From an uncultured Thermoleophilia bacterium (GTDB lineage: Bacteria > Actinomycetota > Thermoleophilia > UBA2241), in NCBI GenBank assembly GCA_963702475.1, contig CAVPCT010000005.1, positions 768,001 to 832,000 of the forward strand: 64,000 bases of DNA, in the 5' to 3' direction. The notes beneath the pieces were generated by a model, which worked only from the letters and a program-made list of their open reading frames with translations, was not told where the DNA came from and did not search any database. The translations under genes were made by a program, and so were the position numbers. Positions 33,297 to 41,568 of this stretch are shown here, piece by piece. Every line of letters begins with the position of its first letter. Within the stretch, counting starts at the first letter, position 1.

Positions 33297-33937
33297 CAGA
33301 CCGCGCCTCCATCCCAGGGCGGGAACAGGGTCTGCTCGAAGCCGAGCGCCGCCATGATCTTGCCGGCCACGTGATCGACGGCGTCCTGCAGGCTCTGGGG
33401 GCGCGAGTAGAACGCCGGCATGGCCGGGAGCACCACGGCCCCGGCCTCGGCCAGTTCGAGTAGCCGCCGGAGGTGGATCCGGGTGAGCGGCGTCTCCCGG
33501 GGGACGATCACGAGCGGCCGCCGCTCCTTGAGAGCGACGTCGGCGGCCCGGTGGATGAGCGTGCGAGTGGTACCGAGCGCGATGTGGGCGGCAGCGGCCA
33601 CCGAGCACGGACACACGACGACGGCATCCGGCGCGCTGCTGCCGCTGGAGGCCGGCGCAGCGAGGTCGTCCGGCGCGTACACGGCCGCCGTCACACCGGC
33701 GAGCTCGAGAAAAGCCCGAACGACGTCGGCCCGGTGACGGGCGTGCAGCTCGAGCTCGTGATCCAGCACCAGCACGCCGCTGTCGGAGATGCACAGCTGC
33801 AGGCTGCAGCCGGCCGCGTCCAGCGCCTGGACAAGGCGCAGGGCATACGGCGCCCCGCTGGCGCCACTCACGCCCACGAACACGCTCCTGGGGGTCATCC
33901 CTGTCCTCATGCTGGCCGCCGCGACGGCGCCGTTCAC
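33296..33937 (-). CDS. ubiX: Flavin prenyltransferase UbiX
   Basis: GVSGASGAPY, ASSGS, RAADVALKERRPL..VPRETP, PAMPAFY. Confidence 0.93.
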   Translation of the reverse strand: MNGAVAAASMRTGMTPRSVFVGVSGASGAPYALRLVQALDAAGCSLQLCISDSGVLVLDHELELHARHRADVVRAFLELAGVTAAVYAPDDLAAPASSGSSAPDAVVVCPCSVAAAAHIALGTTRTLIHRAADVALKERRPLVIVPRETPLTRIHLRRLLELAEAGAVVLPAMPAFYSRPQSLQDAVDHVAGKIMAALGFEQTLFPPWDGGAV

Positions 33938-33944
33938 CCGCGCG

Positions 33945-35165
33945 TCAGTTGACGCTGCTGCCAGGCTCGTGACACTGGCCGCCCCAGCAACCCTGCGGGC
34001 CGGTGCCGCCGTTGCCGTGGCACTTCATGCACACGCTGCCCTGGTTGTACACGTGGTTCGGGTGGTCGGCGACGAAGGCCGCGGAGTGTGGCAGCGCGAC
34101 GCCGTGACAGCTGGTGCAGAACTGGCTGGAGTGGCACTTGCCGCAGAGCGACGGGTTCGAGAGAGCCACACTGGAGTGCTGACCCATCCAGCTGCTCGGG
34201 TGCGGCATCTGCAGGCCGTGGCAGGTGATGCACGGGTCTTTGCCGTGGCACTTGACACACACCTGGGGATCCTTCTGACCCACGGTGTCGTGCCGCGCCG
34301 TCCAGTCGTCCGGGTGCGGGATCACGACGCCGTGGCAGTCGATGCAGAACCTGGGGTCGTTCTTGAGGTGACACTCTACGCAGATCTCCTTGCCGCGCTC
34401 GTTCACGATGGGACCGTGCTGCTTGATCCACCGCGCCGGGTGCGGCATGGCGAGGCCGTTGTGGCACTCCTCGCACACGACCTCCCCCTTGTGACAGCCG
34501 GCGCAATCCGCGACCGTCATGGGGGCGGTCATGGCCACGTTGATGTCGGCCGGCGGGCGGCCGCCGACGTGGCAGGTGTTGCAGTCGTCCGGCAGCTGCT
34601 TGCCGTCGTGGCAGCGCGCGCAGATGGGCATCTTGTTCTGCGATGCACGCGCGATCTCCAGCTGCGTGCCGGGGTGGCTGATGCTGGCGTGGCAGGTGAT
34701 GCACTGGTAGCCGGCCTCGCGCAGGCCCGTGTGATTGACGCGGATGCCGTCGATCACCTGGTCGCGCTCGATCTGCGACTTGGGGTGACACTGCACGCAG
34801 TTGTTGGTGCCGACCGCGGTGGTCAGCGGACGCTCATACGTGTCGGACACGTACAGGATGAGGTTCGTGACGCCCTGCAGGTTACGGATCGCGTAGTTGA
34901 ACACGCCGGGCTTGGTGTGGCACTGCTGGCAGCCCACTCCGGCCTGGTAGTGGGCGGAGCGCTTGTACGAGTCCACCTCCGGCTGCACGAGATGACAGAG
35001 CTCGCACGTCCTGATGTTGTTGACGGCAGAGAACCCGATGACGGCCACGACGACGATCAGGGCGACGGCAGCGAGCACCCCGAAGATCCAGGCCGCCGGC
35101 ACTGTACCCTCGAGCAGGACCCGTTTGCCGGAGTCGCCGTTCTTGCCTTTGCGGGACACGGTCAC
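33945..35165 (-). CDS. Membrane-anchored multiheme cytochrome c (NapC/NirT-like N-terminus; 15 CxxCH + 1 CX4CH)
   Basis: Manual motif count; N-terminal TM helix. Confidence 0.92.
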   Translation of the reverse strand: MTVSRKGKNGDSGKRVLLEGTVPAAWIFGVLAAVALIVVVAVIGFSAVNNIRTCELCHLVQPEVDSYKRSAHYQAGVGCQQCHTKPGVFNYAIRNLQGVTNLILYVSDTYERPLTTAVGTNNCVQCHPKSQIERDQVIDGIRVNHTGLREAGYQCITCHASISHPGTQLEIARASQNKMPICARCHDGKQLPDDCNTCHVGGRPPADINVAMTAPMTVADCAGCHKGEVVCEECHNGLAMPHPARWIKQHGPIVNERGKEICVECHLKNDPRFCIDCHGVVIPHPDDWTARHDTVGQKDPQVCVKCHGKDPCITCHGLQMPHPSSWMGQHSSVALSNPSLCGKCHSSQFCTSCHGVALPHSAAFVADHPNHVYNQGSVCMKCHGNGGTGPQGCWGGQCHEPGSSVN

Positions 35166-36208
35166 TCGCTCACCGGTTGGGTGGTGGCCCCGGCCGCCGG
35201 CGAGACGCGCGGCTCCGGCGTGTAGTCGACACCGTCGAACAGACTGTGGGCGCGCGGGTCACCCGAGGCGTGCTGCACGTGGCAGGCCTGGCAGTTGTCC
35301 AGGACATGGCAGTTGAAGCAGGTCGGGACCCCGGCTTTCTCCACGGACTGGGGGTGCGCGGCGACGTAGTCCTCGGGGTGGGGCATCTTCACCTGGTGGC
35401 AGGTGCGACAGTACTCCTTGACGTCGTGACACTGCACGCACGTCTCGCGTCCCTGCGCCTCGGCGGTCTTGCCGTGGGTGGTCATCCAGACGGCGGCGTG
35501 CGGCATCTCGATGCCCGAGTGGCAACTGCTGCAGGCGTCCTTCTGCAGGTGACAGGCGCTGCACGTGGAGAGGATGCCGATGGCCCCGTGACGCGTGTCC
35601 CAGCCGGCCTGGTCGTGGGTGGCCGGAACGGCGCTGCTCACCGGCTTCTCGTGGCACTGGTCGCAGCGGGACGTCGCGACCGTACCGTCGTCCGCCCGGT
35701 AGCGGTTGTTGTGGCAGATGAGGCACTGGTCCATCGCGGGGTAGGTGCGCGACCCTTCGGGTACCGCTTCGCCGTGCGCGACTGTGGAGTGGCAGCGTTG
35801 ACAGAGGAATCCCGCCTCGATGAGGTGCTGGTGGTCCACGCGGATGCCCTGGGCGCTGATGGTCGTGAACAGGCTGTCGTTGGTGTGGCAGCGGCGGCAC
35901 GACTGGTTGAGCACGAAGCCAAGGATGGGCTTCTCGTAGTCACCCGTGATCTGAGCGATGGGCTGTTGCAGGGCCTCAAGCTTGGAGGTGAGGAAGAACA
36001 GCGGGCCCGGCTTGGTGTGGCACTGCTCGCAGTTGACGCTCCCGTGAGCTGACTGCTCCCACCAGGCGACGTACGGCTCGTGGCTCTTGCACGCGGAACA
36101 GAACGTGGCCGTGGATGTGGCCGCAAGCAGCACGCCGATGAGCACGACCAGGACGGTGAGGCCGATGGCTGCGATGGTGATGCCGCGTGCGGTGAGACGG
36201 AACTTCAC
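35162..36208 (-). CDS. Membrane-anchored multiheme cytochrome c (NapC/NirT-like; 11 CxxCH + CxxCK)
   Basis: Manual motif count; TM helix followed by FCSACKSH. Confidence 0.92.
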   Translation of the reverse strand: MKFRLTARGITIAAIGLTVLVVLIGVLLAATSTATFCSACKSHEPYVAWWEQSAHGSVNCEQCHTKPGPLFFLTSKLEALQQPIAQITGDYEKPILGFVLNQSCRRCHTNDSLFTTISAQGIRVDHQHLIEAGFLCQRCHSTVAHGEAVPEGSRTYPAMDQCLICHNNRYRADDGTVATSRCDQCHEKPVSSAVPATHDQAGWDTRHGAIGILSTCSACHLQKDACSSCHSGIEMPHAAVWMTTHGKTAEAQGRETCVQCHDVKEYCRTCHQVKMPHPEDYVAAHPQSVEKAGVPTCFNCHVLDNCQACHVQHASGDPRAHSLFDGVDYTPEPRVSPAAGATTQPVSE

Positions 36209-36211
36209 GTG

Positions 36212-37162
36212 CTATCGGCGGACCGAGCCGGCGTGAGGGAAGCGGGCATGGACGGCGTCGCTGTGACACAGACTGCACGCGTATCCATTGGTGTGCCTGG
36301 CAGCCGAGCCGTGGCACCTGAGGCAGGTGGAGTTGCCCGGGATGGGCATCCGGGAAGCGTGGAACCTCTTGCCGTGACACGAGTTGCAGGTGAGTCTGGA
36401 GCCCGCGGGCGCCGCGTGGAGGGCCTTGTTGTGACAGCCGGACAGGTTGCAGCTGAGCTTCTTCGTGACCTTCGTGGAGTGCTGCGCGAGCTTCTGCGCA
36501 CCGGTGCCGGTGCCCTTGTGACAGGTGGCGCACTTGCCGCCGGAGACCGTGCGACCGGCGTGCCTCATGGAGTGGCAGCCGGCGCACTTCTTGAAGCCGG
36601 GGCTCGTGGCCTGGTAGGTGTGGTAGGCGTTCGCCGCGGTATGGCACGCCTCGCAGTCGACCGTGCCGGCGTGCTGTTTCTGCTTGTGACAACGCGAGCA
36701 CGGCGACATGCCGGGCGAACCGCCGTTGTGGTGCGGGCTGACGCCCGGCTGGGCGACGCCGTCACTCGGCGCGTGACAGCCGAGGCACTGCGGAAGCGAG
36801 CCGCGGTGGGGATCCGTGCCGTGGGCGAACTCCTTGCCGTACACCACGCCCTGGCTCTGCAGGTGGCACGTGCCGGCGCAGTCGGCGCTGGTGGCCGACA
36901 TGGACGACGTGTCCTGGCCGGGTGCGTGACACGACCAGCACGTGTACCCCTTGAGGCTCTCGAACCCGGTGTGGCAGGACGTGCAGGAGGCGTCTGTGGG
37001 CTTGCCCTGAAGGTGGCAGACGCAGCCGGTGGCGCCGTCGTGCTTCCAAGGGTCGTAGGCGGCGGCCGGCGCGGTGAAGAGGGCTGCGCCGGCGGAGACG
37101 CCGACGAGTGCGAGAGCAGCCGCGGCGACCGCGACCGCCACCCACCGGCGGATACCTCTCAC
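36212..37162 (-). CDS. Secreted multiheme cytochrome c (10 CxxCH + CX1CH, CX3CH, CX4CH)
   Basis: Signal peptide ending PAAA; manual motif count. Confidence 0.9.
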   Translation of the reverse strand: MRGIRRWVAVAVAAAALALVGVSAGAALFTAPAAAYDPWKHDGATGCVCHLQGKPTDASCTSCHTGFESLKGYTCWSCHAPGQDTSSMSATSADCAGTCHLQSQGVVYGKEFAHGTDPHRGSLPQCLGCHAPSDGVAQPGVSPHHNGGSPGMSPCSRCHKQKQHAGTVDCEACHTAANAYHTYQATSPGFKKCAGCHSMRHAGRTVSGGKCATCHKGTGTGAQKLAQHSTKVTKKLSCNLSGCHNKALHAAPAGSRLTCNSCHGKRFHASRMPIPGNSTCLRCHGSAARHTNGYACSLCHSDAVHARFPHAGSVRR

Positions 37163-37389
37163 GCTGACTCCCTTCCCCTCACCGACGGCGCTCTCCACAG
37201 CGCCTCGCCGGCCTCACGGCTTCCTCCACACAGAGTCGCGGCTCCGCGACCGTACTCGTACCCCTCGAGCGCGCCGACGCCCCTCCGATGCGGCCACGCT
37301 CCGCGCCAGTGTACCAGTCCTCGTGAAGCCGTTCACCGTCGAAAAGCGGTCCGCGACGGCTGAACGCCCCGAGCGTGACACCGGCTGCG

Positions 37390-37398
37390 ATTGTACCA
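37390..37398 (-). promoter_or_regulatory. Extended -10 element (TGGTACAAT) upstream of the secreted multiheme gene
   Basis: Identical 9-mer also at 41457-41465, upstream of the other cytochrome group. Confidence 0.5.
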
Positions 37399-37441
37399 CA
37401 CGGGGTATCTCGCGACCGCATGTACCAGGCACTCGCCACGC

Positions 37442-38311
37442 TCAGAGCACCAGCGTTGCGGCGATGACGATGGCGCCGTAGAGAAGCCCGACCGCGCCGT
37501 TCACCGTCATGAAGCTCATGCCCACCCGGTCGAGCCCGCGGCGGGCGATGTCGACGTGCGGCCAGGCGAGCAGCGCGAGCACCGCGGTCAGCCCCGCCCA
37601 GTAGACCGGCCCCAGGCCACAGAGGGCGCCCACCGCGGCCAGCAGCACGCCGGCGCCCACGTGAGAGGCCGCCGCGACCCACAGCGCGCCGCGCGGACCC
37701 ACGGCCACCGGCACGGAGTGCAGGCCCTCGCGGCGATCGACGTCGAGGTCGAAGACCGCGTAGATCACGTCGAAGCCGCCCACCCACAGGCCGACGGCGA
37801 AGAACAGCAGCCAGGGGACCGCCCCGAGACGCCCGCTGACGCCCAGCCACGCGGCCGCCGGCGCGAGACCCAGCGTGAGGCCGAGCGCGTAGTGGCAGAA
37901 CCACGTGAAGCGCTTGGCGTAGGGATAGAAGACGAAGGCGGCCAGCGGCACGGGCCAGAGGTACCTGCACGGCTCCGAGAGCTGGAACGCGGCGAGCACG
38001 AGCAGGCTCACCGAGACGGCTGTGAAGACCCAGACCTCGCGCCGCCCCAGACGACCCGCCGGCAGCTCGCGCTGCGACGTACGCGGGTTGCGCGCGTCGA
38101 GCTCGGCGTCGATGAGCCGGTTCAGTGCCATGGCCGCGCTGCGCGCCCCCACCATGGCCACCGTGATCCACAGAAGCTGACTCCAGGTGGGGGCCCCCCT
38201 CGCGGCCAAGAAGGCGCCCGCGTACGCGAAGGGAAGTGCGTAGATGCTGTGCTCGATCTTGACCAGCCGGGCGAACAGCGCCGGCTTGGCGGCGGCGCCT
38301 GACCGGGTCAA
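37442..38311 (-). CDS. UbiA-family prenyltransferase (MqnP-like)
   Basis: VKIEHSIYALPFA, ARSAAMALNRLIDAELDARNPRT..R, GFDVIYA..D...D. Confidence 0.9.
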   Translation of the reverse strand: MTRSGAAAKPALFARLVKIEHSIYALPFAYAGAFLAARGAPTWSQLLWITVAMVGARSAAMALNRLIDAELDARNPRTSQRELPAGRLGRREVWVFTAVSVSLLVLAAFQLSEPCRYLWPVPLAAFVFYPYAKRFTWFCHYALGLTLGLAPAAAWLGVSGRLGAVPWLLFFAVGLWVGGFDVIYAVFDLDVDRREGLHSVPVAVGPRGALWVAAASHVGAGVLLAAVGALCGLGPVYWAGLTAVLALLAWPHVDIARRGLDRVGMSFMTVNGAVGLLYGAIVIAATLVL

Positions 38312-38327
38312 GCCCAGAGGCCCCGCG

Positions 38328-38654
38328 TCAGCCCAGTCGTTCCGCCGCCGCGCCGCCCTGCCCGGCCTGGTGCCCGGACTCGGCTCCCTCGGGCGCGATC
38401 GGAACGTGCGCGAACTTCTCGAGCAGGAAACAGGCGATGGCCACGATGACCGCGAACAGGCCGATCACGAACAGCACCGTGTAGACGATGATGCTGGCGG
38501 GCGAGGTGATGCCCAGGGTCGCGCTGATCGTCCACGCGGCCACCGCGATACCCCAGTTCACGAGCGACAGGCGCAGCAGGAAACGCCGCGCCTTCTTGTC
38601 GCGTCCCGAGGCCTCCTGATGGGCCCGGTGGGAGCCGAGCGGAGCTGTCGACAT
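38328..38654 (-). CDS. Small 2-TM membrane protein
   Basis: Two hydrophobic helices; tightly coupled to the upstream cytochrome b/c gene. Confidence 0.7.
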   Translation of the reverse strand: MSTAPLGSHRAHQEASGRDKKARRFLLRLSLVNWGIAVAAWTISATLGITSPASIIVYTVLFVIGLFAVIVAIACFLLEKFAHVPIAPEGAESGHQAGQGGAAAERLG

Positions 38655-38655
38655 C

Positions 38656-40428
38656 TCAGCCAAAGACCATGATGAACAGTGCCCAGAGGATGAACGCCGT
38701 CATGAGCAGTGCCATGAATCCCATGACCAACGTTATCACCCACCAGAGGGCGTCCGAAAGTAGCGTGCGCCACGTGATGGTGCGCTCCACGAGGACCTGG
38801 TCGAGCGTGCCCTCGCGCACGTGCCGCGCATACTCCAGCGGGCGGTCCTCGCGGTAGTGCTCGACCGGCAGCGTACCGGTGAAGATCACCTTGTCGATGG
38901 GGAACGACTCGGGCCGCAGGTGGGCGCTGAAAAAGTGCACGAAGATGAAGATGACGCCCATGGCCAGCAGCGCCTCGCTGGAGTGGATGACGAGGGCGAT
39001 GTTGACGAACACGCCGGGCACGAGCTGGGTCGTCCTCTCCGGGAACCACATCATGAAGCCGGTGACGCCGATGATGACGGTGCCGGCGCCCAGAGAGAGA
39101 TAGTCGAACTTCTCCCAGTACGTGTAGCGGTCGAACTGCGGCTTGGGTCCGCGGCCGAAGAACCAGGAGAACATGCCGATCATGTCCTGCAGGTCTTTGA
39201 AGCTCGGCAGCATGGAGTTGGGGCCGCGCAGGTTCTTGCCCCGCTTTCGCGCGACCTGCACGACCATGTAGGTCACCTCGGACACGAAGTAGAAGACGGT
39301 GACGACGGCCGCGATGCGGTGATACACGCCGGCGGAGGTGACCCCGCCGAAGAGGTCCATGAACCACTGCGCCCACGGCGTGTCCTTGTACTTGAGCGGC
39401 ATGCCCGTGAAGACGAGCACGGTGAAGCTGACGATGACGAGGATGTGCATCCAGCGGTGGAACACGTTGAAGCGGTGGAACTCGATGCGCTTGTCGCCGA
39501 GCTTGTCGCGGTGCCGCGGCCGCGAGTACAGGCCGTCCCTGAAGCCCCGATAGACGTAGAGACCCGTGTGCACGGCAGCGAACGTGAACACGATGGAGAT
39601 GAGGAGCACGTAGGCCATCCAGAAGATCCAGATCTCCCACGACGAGCTGGGGCTCGCCGGGTTGACGTGCACCTTGAACCCGGCGAAGTTCTCGTTGGCG
39701 CCCGGGTGGCACGCCTGACACGTGGCGACCAGGTTCTCCTCCGACACGGAGCTGGTCGGATCCGACGCCGGGAGGATGTGGTGGCCGGTGTGGCAGTCGC
39801 TGCACACGGCCGTTTCGCCGTCGCCTAGCAGGTAGGCCTTGCCGTGGTAGCTGTCGAGGAAGGTCTCGCTCTTGTCACCGTGGCACTTGGTGCACATGGC
39901 GAGCTCGCCCTCTCGGAACTCCCTGGTGCCCGGCGGGACGATGTTGTGCGCGTCGTGGCAGTCGCCGCACAGCGGAGCCCTGCCGTCGCTCCCCGCGAGC
40001 GTGAGCTTGCCGTGGAACGAGCCGTCGTACATCTGGGCGACGTCGCCGTGGCAATCCTCGCACGCCTCGAACTTGGCGACCCGGAGCCAGTCCTCGGTGA
40101 CGCTCTCAGGGTGCATGCCGGCGTTGAAGCCGACGTGACAGCTCGTGCACGCCAGCTGACCGTGGAGCGAGCTCTCCAGCACGGGGCGCTGCACGTAGAT
40201 GCTCTTCTTCTCGCCGTTGACGTCGATGTACGCCGGCACCTTCTGGCCGTCGACCTCGATGAAGCCGTCGACGGGCCGCTGCCCGTGGCACTCGTAGCAG
40301 GCGTCGTTGTCGGCCGGTCCGCCGGCGGAGCCGCTCGACTGCGCGGCGGACCCGGCGGCGGCGACCGCGAGCAGCGCGAGCACGAAGAGGCAGACGAGGA
40401 CGCTGAAGGCTGGCCGGCGCGGTGTCAT
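38656..40428 (-). CDS. Multiheme cytochrome c / cytochrome b fusion (CbcL-like quinol oxidoreductase; 7 CxxCH)
   Basis: Signal peptide, 7 CxxCH, then an FdnI-like cytochrome b domain (RFNVFHRWMH, YHRIAA, DRYTYWEKFDY, IHSSEA...HFF). Confidence 0.88.
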   Translation of the reverse strand: MTPRRPAFSVLVCLFVLALLAVAAAGSAAQSSGSAGGPADNDACYECHGQRPVDGFIEVDGQKVPAYIDVNGEKKSIYVQRPVLESSLHGQLACTSCHVGFNAGMHPESVTEDWLRVAKFEACEDCHGDVAQMYDGSFHGKLTLAGSDGRAPLCGDCHDAHNIVPPGTREFREGELAMCTKCHGDKSETFLDSYHGKAYLLGDGETAVCSDCHTGHHILPASDPTSSVSEENLVATCQACHPGANENFAGFKVHVNPASPSSSWEIWIFWMAYVLLISIVFTFAAVHTGLYVYRGFRDGLYSRPRHRDKLGDKRIEFHRFNVFHRWMHILVIVSFTVLVFTGMPLKYKDTPWAQWFMDLFGGVTSAGVYHRIAAVVTVFYFVSEVTYMVVQVARKRGKNLRGPNSMLPSFKDLQDMIGMFSWFFGRGPKPQFDRYTYWEKFDYLSLGAGTVIIGVTGFMMWFPERTTQLVPGVFVNIALVIHSSEALLAMGVIFIFVHFFSAHLRPESFPIDKVIFTGTLPVEHYREDRPLEYARHVREGTLDQVLVERTITWRTLLSDALWWVITLVMGFMALLMTAFILWALFIMVFG

Positions 40429-41369
40429 TGCGCCGTCACGCCGTTCTCCTGGTGACACTCGTCACACATGCTCTGCGGGTGACAGACGAGGCACGACTCC
40501 GGGCTCTTGCCGGCGACGTCGCCGTGAGCCTGCACCCAGTCGGCGGGATGCTTCACGGCGTGGCACTGCGAGCAGTAGCGCTCGTCGTGGCAGGCGTCGC
40601 AGCCCTCTGGGTCGGCGGCGGCGTCGGCGCCGTGGGTGTACCGCCACGTCCCGGAGAAGTGGTCGGGCGATGGATAGCCGTGGCACGTGTCGCAGAAGGC
40701 CTTCCTGTCGTGGTGACAACGCAGGCACTGCTCCTCGTTGACGCGAGCCTGCTCGCCGTGGTCCTTCATGAAGTCGACAGCGTGCGCGGTGGCCGGCTCG
40801 GCGTGGCAGTAGTCGCAGGCCGCCGGGGCACCCTGGTCGTTGTGGCACATGGTGCAGGTCGCCATGCTGACGCTGCCCGTCTGCCCGGCGCGCTTGTGGG
40901 ACGTGGTGGTGTGGCAGTCGTAGCAGAGCAGCCCCCTGTCCTCCAGGTGCTCCTCGTGGTTCATGCGTACGCCGTCCGTCTCGTCCGGGATGGACGACAC
41001 GGGGTGGCACTTGAGGCAATTGGCGTTGGTGGGGAGCTGGCGCACATCGTCGCCGGCTGCCATGCCGAGGTAGTCGGCCCAGATGTTGCGCGTCTCCGTG
41101 AGGCGCCACTTGGCATTGGCGACGGTGCCTTCCGGCACGTGGCATTCGACGCAGGACACCATGCTGTGGGCGGCGGCGGCCCACGAGCGTTCGGCCGGCT
41201 TCATGGCCTTGCAGGAGGTGCAGTAGGAGACCGTGTCTTGCGCGGCCACCGGAAGGACGAGCACGGCGAGGATGACCACGATGATGCCGACGACCACCAG
41301 CCAGCTGAACCACGAGGTGCGGTACCACGGCCGCTGGACAGGCCGATGCCGGTGTACTTTCTCAGCCAA
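40425..41369 (-). CDS. Membrane-anchored multiheme cytochrome c (NapC/NirT-like; 11 CxxCH + CxxCKxM)
   Basis: TM helix then YCTSCKAM; manual motif count. Confidence 0.92.
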   Translation of the reverse strand: MAEKVHRHRPVQRPWYRTSWFSWLVVVGIIVVILAVLVLPVAAQDTVSYCTSCKAMKPAERSWAAAAHSMVSCVECHVPEGTVANAKWRLTETRNIWADYLGMAAGDDVRQLPTNANCLKCHPVSSIPDETDGVRMNHEEHLEDRGLLCYDCHTTTSHKRAGQTGSVSMATCTMCHNDQGAPAACDYCHAEPATAHAVDFMKDHGEQARVNEEQCLRCHHDRKAFCDTCHGYPSPDHFSGTWRYTHGADAAADPEGCDACHDERYCSQCHAVKHPADWVQAHGDVAGKSPESCLVCHPQSMCDECHQENGVTAQ

Positions 41370-41456
41370 GAAGAGAGGCTCCCACGTGCTCCATCCTCAC
41401 GGTCCCCCCCGGCGACGGCCGTCCCCTCGATCCAGGCCGCCCCGGTTGTGGCGGGC

Positions 41457-41540
41457 ATTGTACCACCCCGTACCTACGCTCGCCACACGCACGACCAATA
41501 CGGCGGTGGGTATCTCCGGAGATACGGCGGCAGGTATGTG
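41457..41540 (-). promoter_or_regulatory. Promoter region with extended -10 and tandem ATAC-N8-GTAT boxes
   Basis: TGGTACAAT at 41457-41465; atacggcggtgggtat and atacggcggcaggtat; perfect palindrome gtatctccggagatac at 41510-41525. Confidence 0.5.
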
Positions 41541-41568
41541 GACCGAGACTGCCGCCGGGCGCGGAGGC

